From Nitrospinota bacterium (GTDB taxonomy: Bacteria; UBA8248), in contig JASLZZ010000109.1 in the NCBI GenBank assembly GCA_030754595.1, positions 28,226 to 92,225 of the forward strand: 64,000 nucleotides of DNA, in the 5' to 3' direction. The position numbers and the translations under genes are program-made. Under the pieces are notes generated by a model. That model worked only from the letters and a program-made list of their open reading frames with translations. It had not been told where the DNA came from and did no database searches. Of the stretch, positions 1 through 8,685 are shown piece after piece; the stretch's first letter is position 1; the number at the start of each line of letters is the position of its first letter.

Positions 1-1387
1 GCCCGATGGAGATCGCGCCCACCCGCTGCACTTCCTTTCGTGCCTCGTCAACGCCTCGGCCTCCGGCATGGGTGCCGCCGGCGCGGTTCGCGCGCTCCAC
101 GAGCCGCTCTAAACCCTCGCGCCAGCCGCCCCCCTCGGGGTCCGGGCACTCCCGATCCTTCGCCTCGCAGGCCGCGCCCATCCCGCTCCGGAGCCCGAAC
201 ACATAGCTGTCCGCCAGCGCGGCGCCGCCCGTGCGGTTCGCCCCGTGAACACCGCCCGACGCCTCGCCGCCCGAGTACAAACCCTCCACCGTCGTTCGCC
301 CCCACTCATCGATCCTGATTCCGCCGAGGTAGGTGTGCGGCCCGCTCGCCACCTCGAACGGCTCCTTCGAGAGATCCACCCCGCAGTTTTTTAACACGCG
401 GACGATGTCCGCCGTCGCCCCGTCGTTCACCACGTCGAACACATGACAGGTATCGAGATAGACGCCGTGATTCTCCGTCCCCCGGCCCTCGTAGATTTCC
501 GTCCCCACCGCCCGGTTGACCATCGCCCGCGTCGAGCGCTCGCAGCGTTCGGGGTCGTAGCGCCGCATGAAGCGCTCCATGTCCTTGTTGTAAAGATAGG
601 CGCCCGCGTTGATGAACCCGCTCGAGTGCGGCGGATACCCCCTTATCCGCTCGGGCGCGGCGACCATCAGCTGATAGTCGATAAACTCCATGTCGATCAG
701 ATCGGCCCCCGCCCGCAGCGCTATCGCGTAGCCGTCGCCCGAGATGTAGGGGGGGGAGTCGTTGACCTCGTGAAGCTGGGGAGCGCCCCCCGTCGCGATG
801 ATCGTCGAGCGCGCGTGCACCACGACCGGCGCGCCGTCCCGGTAGGCGAACCCCCACGCGCCCACCACCCGGTCACCCTCCTTCATCAGATCGACGAACA
901 TCACATGCGCCGCCGACGCTATCTCCCACGCCTTCATCTTTTTATGAAGGGACTGCATCAGCGGCTTGCCCATCAGCTTTCCGCAGTGCAGCAGCCGGTC
1001 GTAGCGGTGCGAGGCGCTTGGCTTTTGGTGGTACAGCCCGTTCTCCATCCGGACAAGGCCCAGCCCCCAGGCGTCGAGCTCGTGCGTGCGCTCTATCGCC
1101 TCGTGGCTCATCAGGCGCATCAGGCGGCGGTTGCACAAATCGTAACTCGCCTGGACCGAATCCTCGAAAAGAAACTCGGGCTTGTCGGCGGGGTTCGAGT
1201 GGCCCATCGCGGCGCTGTAGCCCCCCCGCGCCATCGACGAGCTTCCCGAGGGGAAAGAAGCCTTCGTCATCAGAACCGGCGAAACCCCCGACCTCCGGCA
1301 GCCAACGGCCGCCATCATCCCCGCGACCCCGCCGCCGATGATGAGGACATCCGTCTCGGTCCGCCGCGCATCTTCGGGAAAACTCAT
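1..1387 (-). CDS. FAD-dependent oxidoreductase, SdhA/FrdA/NadB flavoprotein family (3' end runs off the window)
   Basis: Absent from the ORF track because it has no stop in the window. Manual translation from ATG 1387 gives DVLIIGGGVAG (FAD-binding), IIATGG, SGDGYAIALRAGADLIDMEF and VHGANRTGGAALADSYVFG. Confidence 0.85.
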   Translation of the reverse strand, partial: MSFPEDARRTETDVLIIGGGVAGMMAAVGCRRSGVSPVLMTKASFPSGSSSMARGGYSAAMGHSNPADKPEFLFEDSVQASYDLCNRRLMRLMSHEAIERTHELDAWGLGLVRMENGLYHQKPSASHRYDRLLHCGKLMGKPLMQSLHKKMKAWEIASAAHVMFVDLMKEGDRVVGAWGFAYRDGAPVVVHARSTIIATGGAPQLHEVNDSPPYISGDGYAIALRAGADLIDMEFIDYQLMVAAPERIRGYPPHSSGFINAGAYLYNKDMERFMRRYDPERCERSTRAMVNRAVGTEIYEGRGTENHGVYLDTCHVFDVVNDGATADIVRVLKNCGVDLSKEPFEVASGPHTYLGGIRIDEWGRTTVEGLYSGGEASGGVHGANRTGGAALADSYVFGLRSGMGAACEAKDRECPDPEGGGWREGLERLVERANRAGGTHAGGRGVDEARKEVQRVGAISIG

Positions 1388-1615
1388 CCGTAAAACTTCC
1401 AATGGAAAATGCCGAATCGTGCTGTTTAAGAGTTAGGGTCAAAAAAACAGTGTACTTCTCCTGCGCGCTTTGGGAAAGATGGGGTGGGATGTACTTTCCT
1501 ATGAGAAGCGCCCCGTCTCGACAAATCCCCCGATAATTAATAAATTGAAGTTGGATAAGAGATTATTTTTTCACGTGAAGATATATCGACGTCCCACCGC
1601 TTGAGGGGAGGGGAA

Positions 1616-2151
1616 GTGGCGCAACTGGTCCCGTGTGAAACCTGAGGAAATGAGGTGGCGAAATCGACGTGGACGTGCCCCCACTGCGGGGATCGGGGGC
1701 CGAAGATAAAGTCGGCGCTGGGGTGTGTCGCTATCGGCTGCCTGGCACCGGTCATTTTTATTTTGACGATTGTGATCATCGCGAGCTTTAGGGGTGGCGA
1801 TGAGCCGGTGGTGTCGATTCTGGAGTTCGCCGAAGGTTTTAGGAAAAAACACGAGGCGGACAGCGGGCCTTCGCCGCCGGGGCGGCGGGATGAATGGGTG
1901 CTCTGGTCGCATGTGAAGTTCGCGGGGACACCACCGGAGACGGGGGATGCTTGGCGTCCGATGGAATCGCGATTCAAAAAAAGAACCTCGGCGAAAAGGG
2001 CCGGGAGCCGGGCTATTCGGGGATTCTCAAATCCTACGCGGGTTCGGAACGGCGAGGGTATTCGATCATGACGCAACTCGGAGGAAAGGATGTGATCTGG
2101 CGGTTTCATTGCCTTCCCGGGGATACTGAGAAGCGGCGGGGGTCGAGATAG
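1616..2151 (+). pseudogene. Zinc-ribbon membrane protein with in-frame TGA at 1643-1645 and probable frameshift near the A-run at ~1976-1982
   Basis: GTG 1616 after GAGGGGAGGGG; reads MAQLVPCET*GNEVAKSTWTCPHCG, then a hydrophobic helix; a plausible C-terminus (WRFHCLPGDT) lies in another frame. Confidence 0.5.
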
Positions 2152-2381
2152 TGGCGAAGCGGGTTTGCCCGCCATGGGGGTATGGCTCACAAAGGTAGGC
2201 ATCGGTCCGATAGGAACGGGTGCTGTAGGCGAAAAGTTATGTAGAGCGCTTTGAGGGCCTCGTACACCACTTTAGAGCCTGGCTTTTTTCCTTGCGGGAA
2301 ACCCTGATGAGGACCACATTGTCCTCAAGTGAGGCTTGGCGCCTCCGGCCCGATCCCTCAGAGGATGACGAGGGCGAAGCG

Positions 2382-2609
2382 ATGAACCCCCTTGGAACCT
2401 GCCCAAATGAAGTAATTTCCGAAACAGGCGAGCCCAACTGCTTTGACCCGGTTCACGCGGAATGTACCCCGCGCCCCTCCTACACCGTCCGGGATTTCTG
2501 CCGCAATGATTACAGGAAGTGCCCCTACTATAACGTCGGCTGGAACCGGGTCCGGTTCGGCGGGGAGCGGATATTCTCGAAAGCCAGGGCAAAAATATTG
2601 GTGGTTTGA
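2382..2609 (+). CDS. Small Cys-rich hypothetical protein (CP..C..C..FC-x6-CPYY)
   Basis: ATG 2382 after GAGGG; followed by an intrinsic terminator. Confidence 0.55.
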   Translation: MNPLGTCPNEVISETGEPNCFDPVHAECTPRPSYTVRDFCRNDYRKCPYYNVGWNRVRFGGERIFSKARAKILVV

Positions 2610-2627
2610 CAGCCGCCCCAAACAATA

Positions 2628-2667
2628 CGCCCCTCCCGGTGAGAGACCGGGAGGGGCGATTTTTTTT
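2628..2667 (+). terminator. Rho-independent terminator between convergent genes
   Basis: CGCCCCTCCCGGT-GAGAG-ACCGGGAGGGGCG 13-bp perfect stem followed by T8. Confidence 0.85.
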
Positions 2668-2677
2668 ATTTAACTGC

Positions 2678-3235
2678 CTACTTCAACCCCGGCAGATCGA
2701 CCGGGCAAAATTCGTTGATTTCCGTCCGGAGGGCGCCGTTGAACTTGGCGTTGAAATTCTGATAGGCGGCGAAAACGCTGATCTCGACGATGGCGGGGGT
2801 GTTGTAGTGCGCCTTGAGGGCGTCGAACACCGCGTCCGGCACGTCCACCGGGGTTTTCGTCATGCCCTCGGTGTAGGCGAGGGCGGCGCGCTCGGCTTCC
2901 GTAAACTCGGGTCGCCCGGCGTAATCGAGTATCGCGGCGAGTTTATCCTCCGAATGCCCGGCGCGGAGACTCCGCGCCGAATGGAGGTCCACTCAATGGG
3001 GGCACTGGTTCAGGCGCGAAACCAGGAGGGTGATCAGCGGCTTCAGCGAGGCGGGCGCGAAATCGGTCTCCGCCTGCATCGCCTGCATCCCGGCGATGCC
3101 ATTGAGCAGGTCCGGGCAATGGCCGCGGACCCGGGTGGTGGTCATCGTCTTCCCGACGGCGGCTTTTTGGCCGTCGTAGATTTTTCGCACCTCGGGGGGC
3201 GCGTCGTCGTATTCGAGAAACGGAACGCGGGCCAA
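2678..3235 (-). CDS. AhpD/CMD-like putative selenoprotein (CPHU, 185 aa, Sec at codon 81, TGA 2993-2995)
   Basis: ORFs 2993-3235 and 2678-2992 are contiguous and in frame: LVSRLNQCPH-TGA-VDLH matches AhpD S-x2-N-x-CxxC-x3-H; RBS AAGGAG before TTG; downstream hairpin. Confidence 0.85.
2959..2979 (-). promoter_or_regulatory. Putative bacterial SECIS element
   Basis: 13 nt after UGA: CGGCGCGG-AGUCU-CCGCGCCG, plus a possible lower CCUCC/GGAGG stem. Confidence 0.7.
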
Positions 3236-3279
3236 GATAAAGTCTCCTTCGGCCCGCGCCCAGTCGAGGACCGGGCCGG

Positions 3280-4092
3280 TTATGCGGCCTCGGGCGCCCG
3301 GTTTGCGACAAAGGCCTCGATGGCCGATGTCGTCTCGTCGGAGGCCTCCAGGCTGATCAGGTGACCCACTCCGGGGACATCGATCTTGGCCGCGCCTTCG
3401 ATTTTGCCGGCCAGCTCGTCGGCGCAGGCGTGAAAACCCGCGTGATCGCGCTCCCCGACCAAAATCCGCGTCCGTGCCTTGATGGCGGGGGCCGCGTCGC
3501 CCAGGGAGGGGTCCCTCGGCGACTCGTTGTCGAGCCAGTGAGCGCCGGTGTAGGAGAGCATCATCTGATCGATTTTCGCGGCCACTTCCTCGTTTTCAAG
3601 CGCGGGCGCGAAAACCGGGAGCGAAAGCCACTTTTCCTTCGCCGCCCGGAGACCCTCGGCCCGGAGCGTCGCCATGACCTCGAGACCCTGGTCAACGAAT
3701 TCGGGCATGAGCCGGGCCTGATCGAAACTGGGACACATCGCGAAGACCGAGGCGGTCTTGTCCGGATGCGCGGCGGCGAAGCTCAGTGCGATCCCCGCTC
3801 CCCGGCTCAACCCGACGAAATGGGCCCTCGAAGCCTTCACGACCTCGAGCAGGTCATGGAGATCCTTGACCTCTTCTTCCCGGGCGTAGCCCGTGGCCGG
3901 TTTCTCGGACCGGCCGCAACCCCGAAGATCGTAGGTGACGATCCGGTTCGCGCTCCGGAGGGCTTGTTTTTGTTTGTCCCAAAACGAGCGGTTCAGGGTG
4001 TGGCCATGAATAAACACAATGGGAGTTTTGCTGGAGCCAAATTCGGTGTCGTCGAACGCGATTTGAATTCCGTTGCAAACAGCTTGCGCCAC
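3280..4092 (-). CDS. Alpha/beta hydrolase (enol-lactonase-like)
   Basis: FIHG, YDLRGCG, GLSRG nucleophile elbow, VGERD and C-terminal GH. Confidence 0.9.
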   Translation of the reverse strand: MAQAVCNGIQIAFDDTEFGSSKTPIVFIHGHTLNRSFWDKQKQALRSANRIVTYDLRGCGRSEKPATGYAREEEVKDLHDLLEVVKASRAHFVGLSRGAGIALSFAAAHPDKTASVFAMCPSFDQARLMPEFVDQGLEVMATLRAEGLRAAKEKWLSLPVFAPALENEEVAAKIDQMMLSYTGAHWLDNESPRDPSLGDAAPAIKARTRILVGERDHAGFHACADELAGKIEGAAKIDVPGVGHLISLEASDETTSAIEAFVANRAPEAA

Positions 4093-4279
4093 AGATAATC
4101 CTCCCGCGGGATATGAATCATCCGAGGTCTGCCGCCCGGCCCGGAGGGGCCGTCCCGCGACGGCGGGGGACCTGGGTTATCGAGACCGGCAAGGTATACA
4201 ACGAAGCGGCGGGTATGGCAAAGCGCGTCCGGCCGACCGGGCGAAACGGCGGCCGGGGCGGAAAAGAGGGCGCGGGCCC

Positions 4280-4471
4280 TTACTCCTCAAACGGAGCCGG
4301 CTCTTCTTCCTCGCCCGTTTCATCCACCAAATCCACCAGCCCGCACTCCCCGCAGGAGATCAGAATATTCTCCATCGGAATCCCCCGCGACTCCTCCTGG
4401 CGGATCCATTCCCTGAGCCGCTGCGTCAATGTCTCCTGCTCTTCCCGGGTCAATCGAGGTTCTTGCGGCAT
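4280..4471 (-). CDS. Small acidic protein with CxxC (CGEC)
   Basis: 63-aa ORF with GGGAG RBS directly downstream of the AhpD-like pair. Confidence 0.6.
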   Translation of the reverse strand: MPQEPRLTREEQETLTQRLREWIRQEESRGIPMENILISCGECGLVDLVDETGEEEEPAPFEE

Positions 4472-4504
4472 CGGACAATCTCCCTGATGAAGAGAAGAAT
4501 AAAA

Positions 4505-5104
4505 CTACCCGCTCACCTTGGAGCCATGGATTTTCCCGGACTCCTCCTGCGATACAGGATTCCCCTCGGGGTCGTGCATGGGGAACGCCTTCAGGGTCCG
4601 CATGAAAACCTGCATGCCGTAATGGAGGGCTATGAAGCCCCCGAGCTCCATGATCTGCGCCTCGCTGAAGTGTTTTTTGCCCTCATCGTAGAATTCCTTG
4701 TTCACCTTTCCCGGCTCCCGGTACATCGTATGCGCGTAGCGGAGCGCCCATTTCTCGGCAGGGGTGAAACCCGCGTCGTTCTCGAAATCGCCCGAGCCCG
4801 CCTCGATGCGCTCCTCCGTCAAACCTTCGCGCAAAGCCTTCCCGGAGCGCAGGTTGGCGAAGTAGGTGTCCTCTGCCTTACGGGCGAGTTGGACGCGGAT
4901 GATCTCCTTTAACTTGTGATCGACGCCCCCCTCGGCATGGGAGATGTGCATGGCATCGTGAAGCGCCTTAGCGTAGCCGGGCGCGCGGGCGAGTATCCAC
5001 ACGAATAGCGCGTCGGGCGCGCCCACCTCCTCGCAGCGGCCCAGTATTTTCCCGAAACCCTTTTCCTCGATCTGATCTTCGGGCAATGGCTCGATGACGG
5101 GCAT
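4505..5104 (-). CDS. AhpD/CMD-like protein lacking redox Cys/Sec (DTYF in place of CNYU)
   Basis: ATG 5104, 4 nt after the upstream stop; shares VDHKLKEIIRVQL with the upstream gene; AEKWALRYA and AQIMELG AhpD-like helices. Confidence 0.85.
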   Translation of the reverse strand: MPVIEPLPEDQIEEKGFGKILGRCEEVGAPDALFVWILARAPGYAKALHDAMHISHAEGGVDHKLKEIIRVQLARKAEDTYFANLRSGKALREGLTEERIEAGSGDFENDAGFTPAEKWALRYAHTMYREPGKVNKEFYDEGKKHFSEAQIMELGGFIALHYGMQVFMRTLKAFPMHDPEGNPVSQEESGKIHGSKVSG

Positions 5105-5108
5105 GGCC

Positions 5109-5762
5109 TCATTCCCCCTCATCGGCGGCGAGGGCCCGGGCGCGCCCAAGCGGCCCGCTGATGTGCGAGACCGGCCGTGAGCCGTAAATTTCCCGGGATT
5201 CCTCCTGGCTCACCAGGCGGCCGTCCGGCGAGAACATGGGATAGAAATCGAGCGTCCTGAAAAACGTGTGATACCCCACGTTGAAACCGATGAAGGCGCC
5301 GAGCTCGACGATCTCCGCGTCGGAATAATGTACGCGCAACCGCCCGTAGAAAGCCTCGTCGATTTTCTCCGGCTCGAACTGCATCAGCTCGCTGTACTCG
5401 AGAGCGATTTTCTCGGCGGCGCCAAACTTGTCGCTCTCCCGCCAGTTCTCGATCCCCTCGTCGATCAACTCCTCGGTGAGTCCGTCCCGCTTCGCCGAAG
5501 CGGATCGCACGTTGCCTCAGTAGTTGCAGTCGGCCGCCCGGGAGAGCTGGACCCGGATGATCTCCTTGAGCTTGTGATCGACGGCCCCGGTGTTGAAGAC
5601 CGCCCCCCAGGCGATATACATCGCCTTTGAAAGATCCTCGTTATGACCCTGCATGGCGTGAAAGGCCGGATCGGGAGCCCGGTGCTTGAGGCATTTGTTC
5701 ACGAACGGCCCGAGTTTTGTTTTCTTTAAATCCTCGATGTCGAGCATGCTGATATTTGGCAC
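5109..5762 (-). CDS. AhpD/CMD-like putative selenoprotein (CNYU, 217 aa, Sec at codon 82, TGA 5517-5519)
   Basis: GTG 5762 with AAGGAG RBS; QLSRAADCNY-TGA-GNVRSASAK continues in frame into ORF 5109-5510; colinear with the uninterrupted neighbouring paralogue. Confidence 0.85.
5485..5504 (-). promoter_or_regulatory. Putative bacterial SECIS element
   Basis: 12 nt after UGA: UCCGCUUC-GGC-GAAGCGGG. Confidence 0.65.
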
Positions 5763-6067
5763 CGTGGTCTCCTTTAAATCTGGTGCGGTTTATCGAACGA
5801 TGTGCGATTTCCCTCAATCCACCGGGTTTCATTCTTCAGGCTCCGCTCTTCGGTCAGAATGAGCGGCGGCGCTATCCCTGGCTTCCGCTCCCGAGCTTGC
5901 GGATGAGGGCGAGGAGCGTCTCCTTCTCCTCCGTGGTGAGATTCTCCATCATTTCGGCGTTGATCTCCAAAACGTCCGCGTAGCTGCTCACCAAACCCGC
6001 CTCGCATGCAAACCACCCCCCGGAGGGAGGGAGGTGCGATCAGCGGAAATCAGCGGGGCAGGGGGGA

Positions 6068-7438
6068 TTATCCCTCGGCCTGGAACTTTTTAAGCCCGGT
6101 GTCGATGGCGGAGACGATTGTCGCGCCCTGCTCTTCGGTCAATATGAGCGGCGGGGAAATGGTGAGCGTGTTCGAGGGCCCGTCGGCGATGCCGGCGTTC
6201 TTTCCGATGAGGACCCCCTCCTCCTTGACGTAGGACAGGACCTTCGCCGTCCCCTCGGTCGGAAGCGGGTCGCCGTTCTCCTCGATGAGTTCGACGCCCC
6301 AGATGAGCCCCACCCCCCGGACATCCCCCACACAGGGAATGTCTTTCAGATGGGCCAGCGCCTCGCCCAGGCCTTTTCCGACATCCCGCGCGTTTTGCGT
6401 CAGATTCTCCTCCAGCAGAATTTCGAGATTTTTGTTCGCAGCGGCGCACGATGCCGGGTGGCCTCCGTAGGTGTTGATTTGCTGGAAGCCCGCCTCGCCC
6501 TCGGCGTTGAGCACCTGGAACACTTCGTCCGTCACCGCCGTCGCGCCGATGGGCAGGTATCCGCTACTGAGCCCCTTGGCCATCGTCATCACGTCGGGCT
6601 TCACGCCGTAAAGGTCCGAGGCGAAGAGCTCGCCCGTGCGGCCAAAGCCGGTGATCACTTCGTCGATGATCATGAGCACCCCGTAGCGGGTGCAGACTTC
6701 CCGCATTTTCTTCAGATAGTCCGCCGGGGGGGGGATCACACCCCCGCCGCCGATAATCGGCTCGGCGATGAAGGCGGCGACGGTATCGGCGCCCTGGTAG
6801 CGGATCACGGCGTCGAGATCTTCGGCCAGCCGCTCGGCGAGGTCGAACTCGCTCGAACATCCGCTGCGGTAGAAATAGGGCGCCTGGAGGTGGACTACGC
6901 CCGGAAGGAGGGGCTCGAAGGGCGCGCGGCGGGCGGTCTGGCCGGTCAGGCTGGCGCCGCCGATGGTGCCGCCGTGATAGCCCTGATACCGGGCGATGAT
7001 CTTGTAGCGCCCGCCCTGTGTCCGGCCCCAGGCCCGGGCGATTTTGATGGCGGTGTCCACGGCCTCGGAGCCCGAGTTCACGAACCAGATGCGATCGAGG
7101 TCGCCGGGCAGAATGTCTCCGAGCTGGTCGGCGAGCCGAGCCGCCGGGAGGTTGATCTGGCTTAGCGGGTAGTAGGGAAGTTCGAGTAGCTGACGATAGA
7201 CCGCCTCGGCGACTTCCTTGCGCCCGTAGCCGATGTTGACGCACCAAAGGCCCGCCATCGCGTCGAGGTATTCCCGGCCCTCGCCGTCGGTGACGGTGCA
7301 GCCGTCGGCCTTGACGATGACGCCGAGCGGGTTCTCGTCGAGCGTGTTGTGATTGAGAAACGGGTGCCAGACGTGGTCCTTGTCGAGGTCGCGGATTTTC
7401 TGAATGTCCTCGCCCACTGCCGCGATTTCCGAATTCAT
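6068..7438 (-). CDS. Class III PLP aminotransferase (omega-amine/taurine/putrescine type)
   Basis: YLDAMAGLWCVNIGYG, NSGSEA, GYHG, FIAEPI, DEVITGFGRTG, TMAKGLSSGY. Confidence 0.95.
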   Translation of the reverse strand: MNSEIAAVGEDIQKIRDLDKDHVWHPFLNHNTLDENPLGVIVKADGCTVTDGEGREYLDAMAGLWCVNIGYGRKEVAEAVYRQLLELPYYPLSQINLPAARLADQLGDILPGDLDRIWFVNSGSEAVDTAIKIARAWGRTQGGRYKIIARYQGYHGGTIGGASLTGQTARRAPFEPLLPGVVHLQAPYFYRSGCSSEFDLAERLAEDLDAVIRYQGADTVAAFIAEPIIGGGGVIPPPADYLKKMREVCTRYGVLMIIDEVITGFGRTGELFASDLYGVKPDVMTMAKGLSSGYLPIGATAVTDEVFQVLNAEGEAGFQQINTYGGHPASCAAANKNLEILLEENLTQNARDVGKGLGEALAHLKDIPCVGDVRGVGLIWGVELIEENGDPLPTEGTAKVLSYVKEEGVLIGKNAGIADGPSNTLTISPPLILTEEQGATIVSAIDTGLKKFQAEG

Positions 7439-7487
7439 GGTTTTCTCTCCTTGAAGCACCGGGGCTGTTCCCTCGAAACCGCTTCGC

Positions 7488-8483
7488 TTACAAAATAGTA
7501 TATTTCAGCCTTTCCGCCTTAATCTCGTATCTCTGGCGACCGATCTTCGAAATCTCGCCCTCTATGATATCACCCGGCTTCAGGAATTTCCCCCACGAGG
7601 CGGCGTTGCCGGCGGGCGAGCCCGTCGCGATGATGTCTCCGGGGCGAAGCGTCGCGATGGTCGAGAGGTAGGCGACCTGCTCGTCCACCTTCCAGATCAT
7701 ATCACCCGTCGAGGCATTCTGGCGAAGCTCGCCGTTCACCCACAACCGGAGCCGGAGCTTGTGGGGGTCCGTTTTTTCATCGTTCAAAAGAATATAGGGC
7801 CCTGTCGGGGCGAAACCATCGGGCCCCTTCATCGCGTACCAGTCGATGAAGCGTTTATTGTCGCCCACACTCAGATTTCCGCGATCGCTCATATCGTTGA
7901 TGAGCGTGTATCCGCCGACGTGATCCATCGCCTTCCCGGCCGGGATGTTCCGCCCGCCGCGACCGATGACGATACCGAGCTCGAGCTCGTAGTCGAGTCT
8001 TTTCACCGAGCGGGAAACGACCACCGGATCGTAGGGGCCGTTGATGCAGGTGGCGGGCTTGATGAAACAATAAAGGGGGAGCTCCTCCTTGAAATCGTTG
8101 ATCTTCGTCCTGGCCATCTCGGCGGCATGGGCGACATAGTTCCGCGCCATGCAAAAAAGCGTCACCTCCGACACCGGCGGGAGAATCTCGACGCTCTCCG
8201 GGTCGTGAACAACGGGAAGGCCGTCGAAGGCGAGCGGTTGTTTTTTTCGCTTGAGCGCGCGGAGGGCCTTGATGGCGCTATCGGCGATCAGGCGGGTGGT
8301 CTCGGAATCCTCGAGGAGTTCCTCGCAGGTGGGCGCGACGATCTCCTCGGCGGCCTCGGTGGCCTCGGCCGGATCGGCGTCCCTGAGCGAGAGAGCGAAA
8401 GCAAGGGTCAGGTCGGCGATCCGTTCGCCGAACAGGATCCCGACGCGGGGGTCGCCCCCCAGGCTGAAAGTGCAAATGCGCAT
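7488..8483 (-). CDS. Fumarylacetoacetate hydrolase family protein
   Basis: RNYVAH, LDYELELG, INDMSDR, PGDIIATGSPAG. Confidence 0.9.
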   Translation of the reverse strand: MRICTFSLGGDPRVGILFGERIADLTLAFALSLRDADPAEATEAAEEIVAPTCEELLEDSETTRLIADSAIKALRALKRKKQPLAFDGLPVVHDPESVEILPPVSEVTLFCMARNYVAHAAEMARTKINDFKEELPLYCFIKPATCINGPYDPVVVSRSVKRLDYELELGIVIGRGGRNIPAGKAMDHVGGYTLINDMSDRGNLSVGDNKRFIDWYAMKGPDGFAPTGPYILLNDEKTDPHKLRLRLWVNGELRQNASTGDMIWKVDEQVAYLSTIATLRPGDIIATGSPAGNAASWGKFLKPGDIIEGEISKIGRQRYEIKAERLKYTIL

Positions 8484-8685
8484 GAACCGAATCTCCCAGG
8501 TAACTGTCCTATCGGAAACTTCCTTTGCCGGTGGAACGGGGCATCATACCACCACAGGCGCGGCCCTCGTCGTCGCCGGGCTGATCGTGCTCGCCCTCTC
8601 GAAATAACCCTCTCGAATTAACCCCCTTAAATGAAATCAGTCCCCATTTGGCATCATAAGATCCTAAATCAGGATTAGAAAAAAT

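Noticed and set aside
443..1393. 316-aa plus-strand ORF and other long antisense ORFs (12437-13792, 18835-20241, 26912-28675, 28686-30266, 41219-42793)
   Set aside because: Shadow frames of motif-bearing genes on the opposite strand, expected at high GC
2304..2330. Hammerhead ribozyme (CTGATGA followed by a stem)
   Set aside because: The stem is followed by TCAAG, not the required GAAA
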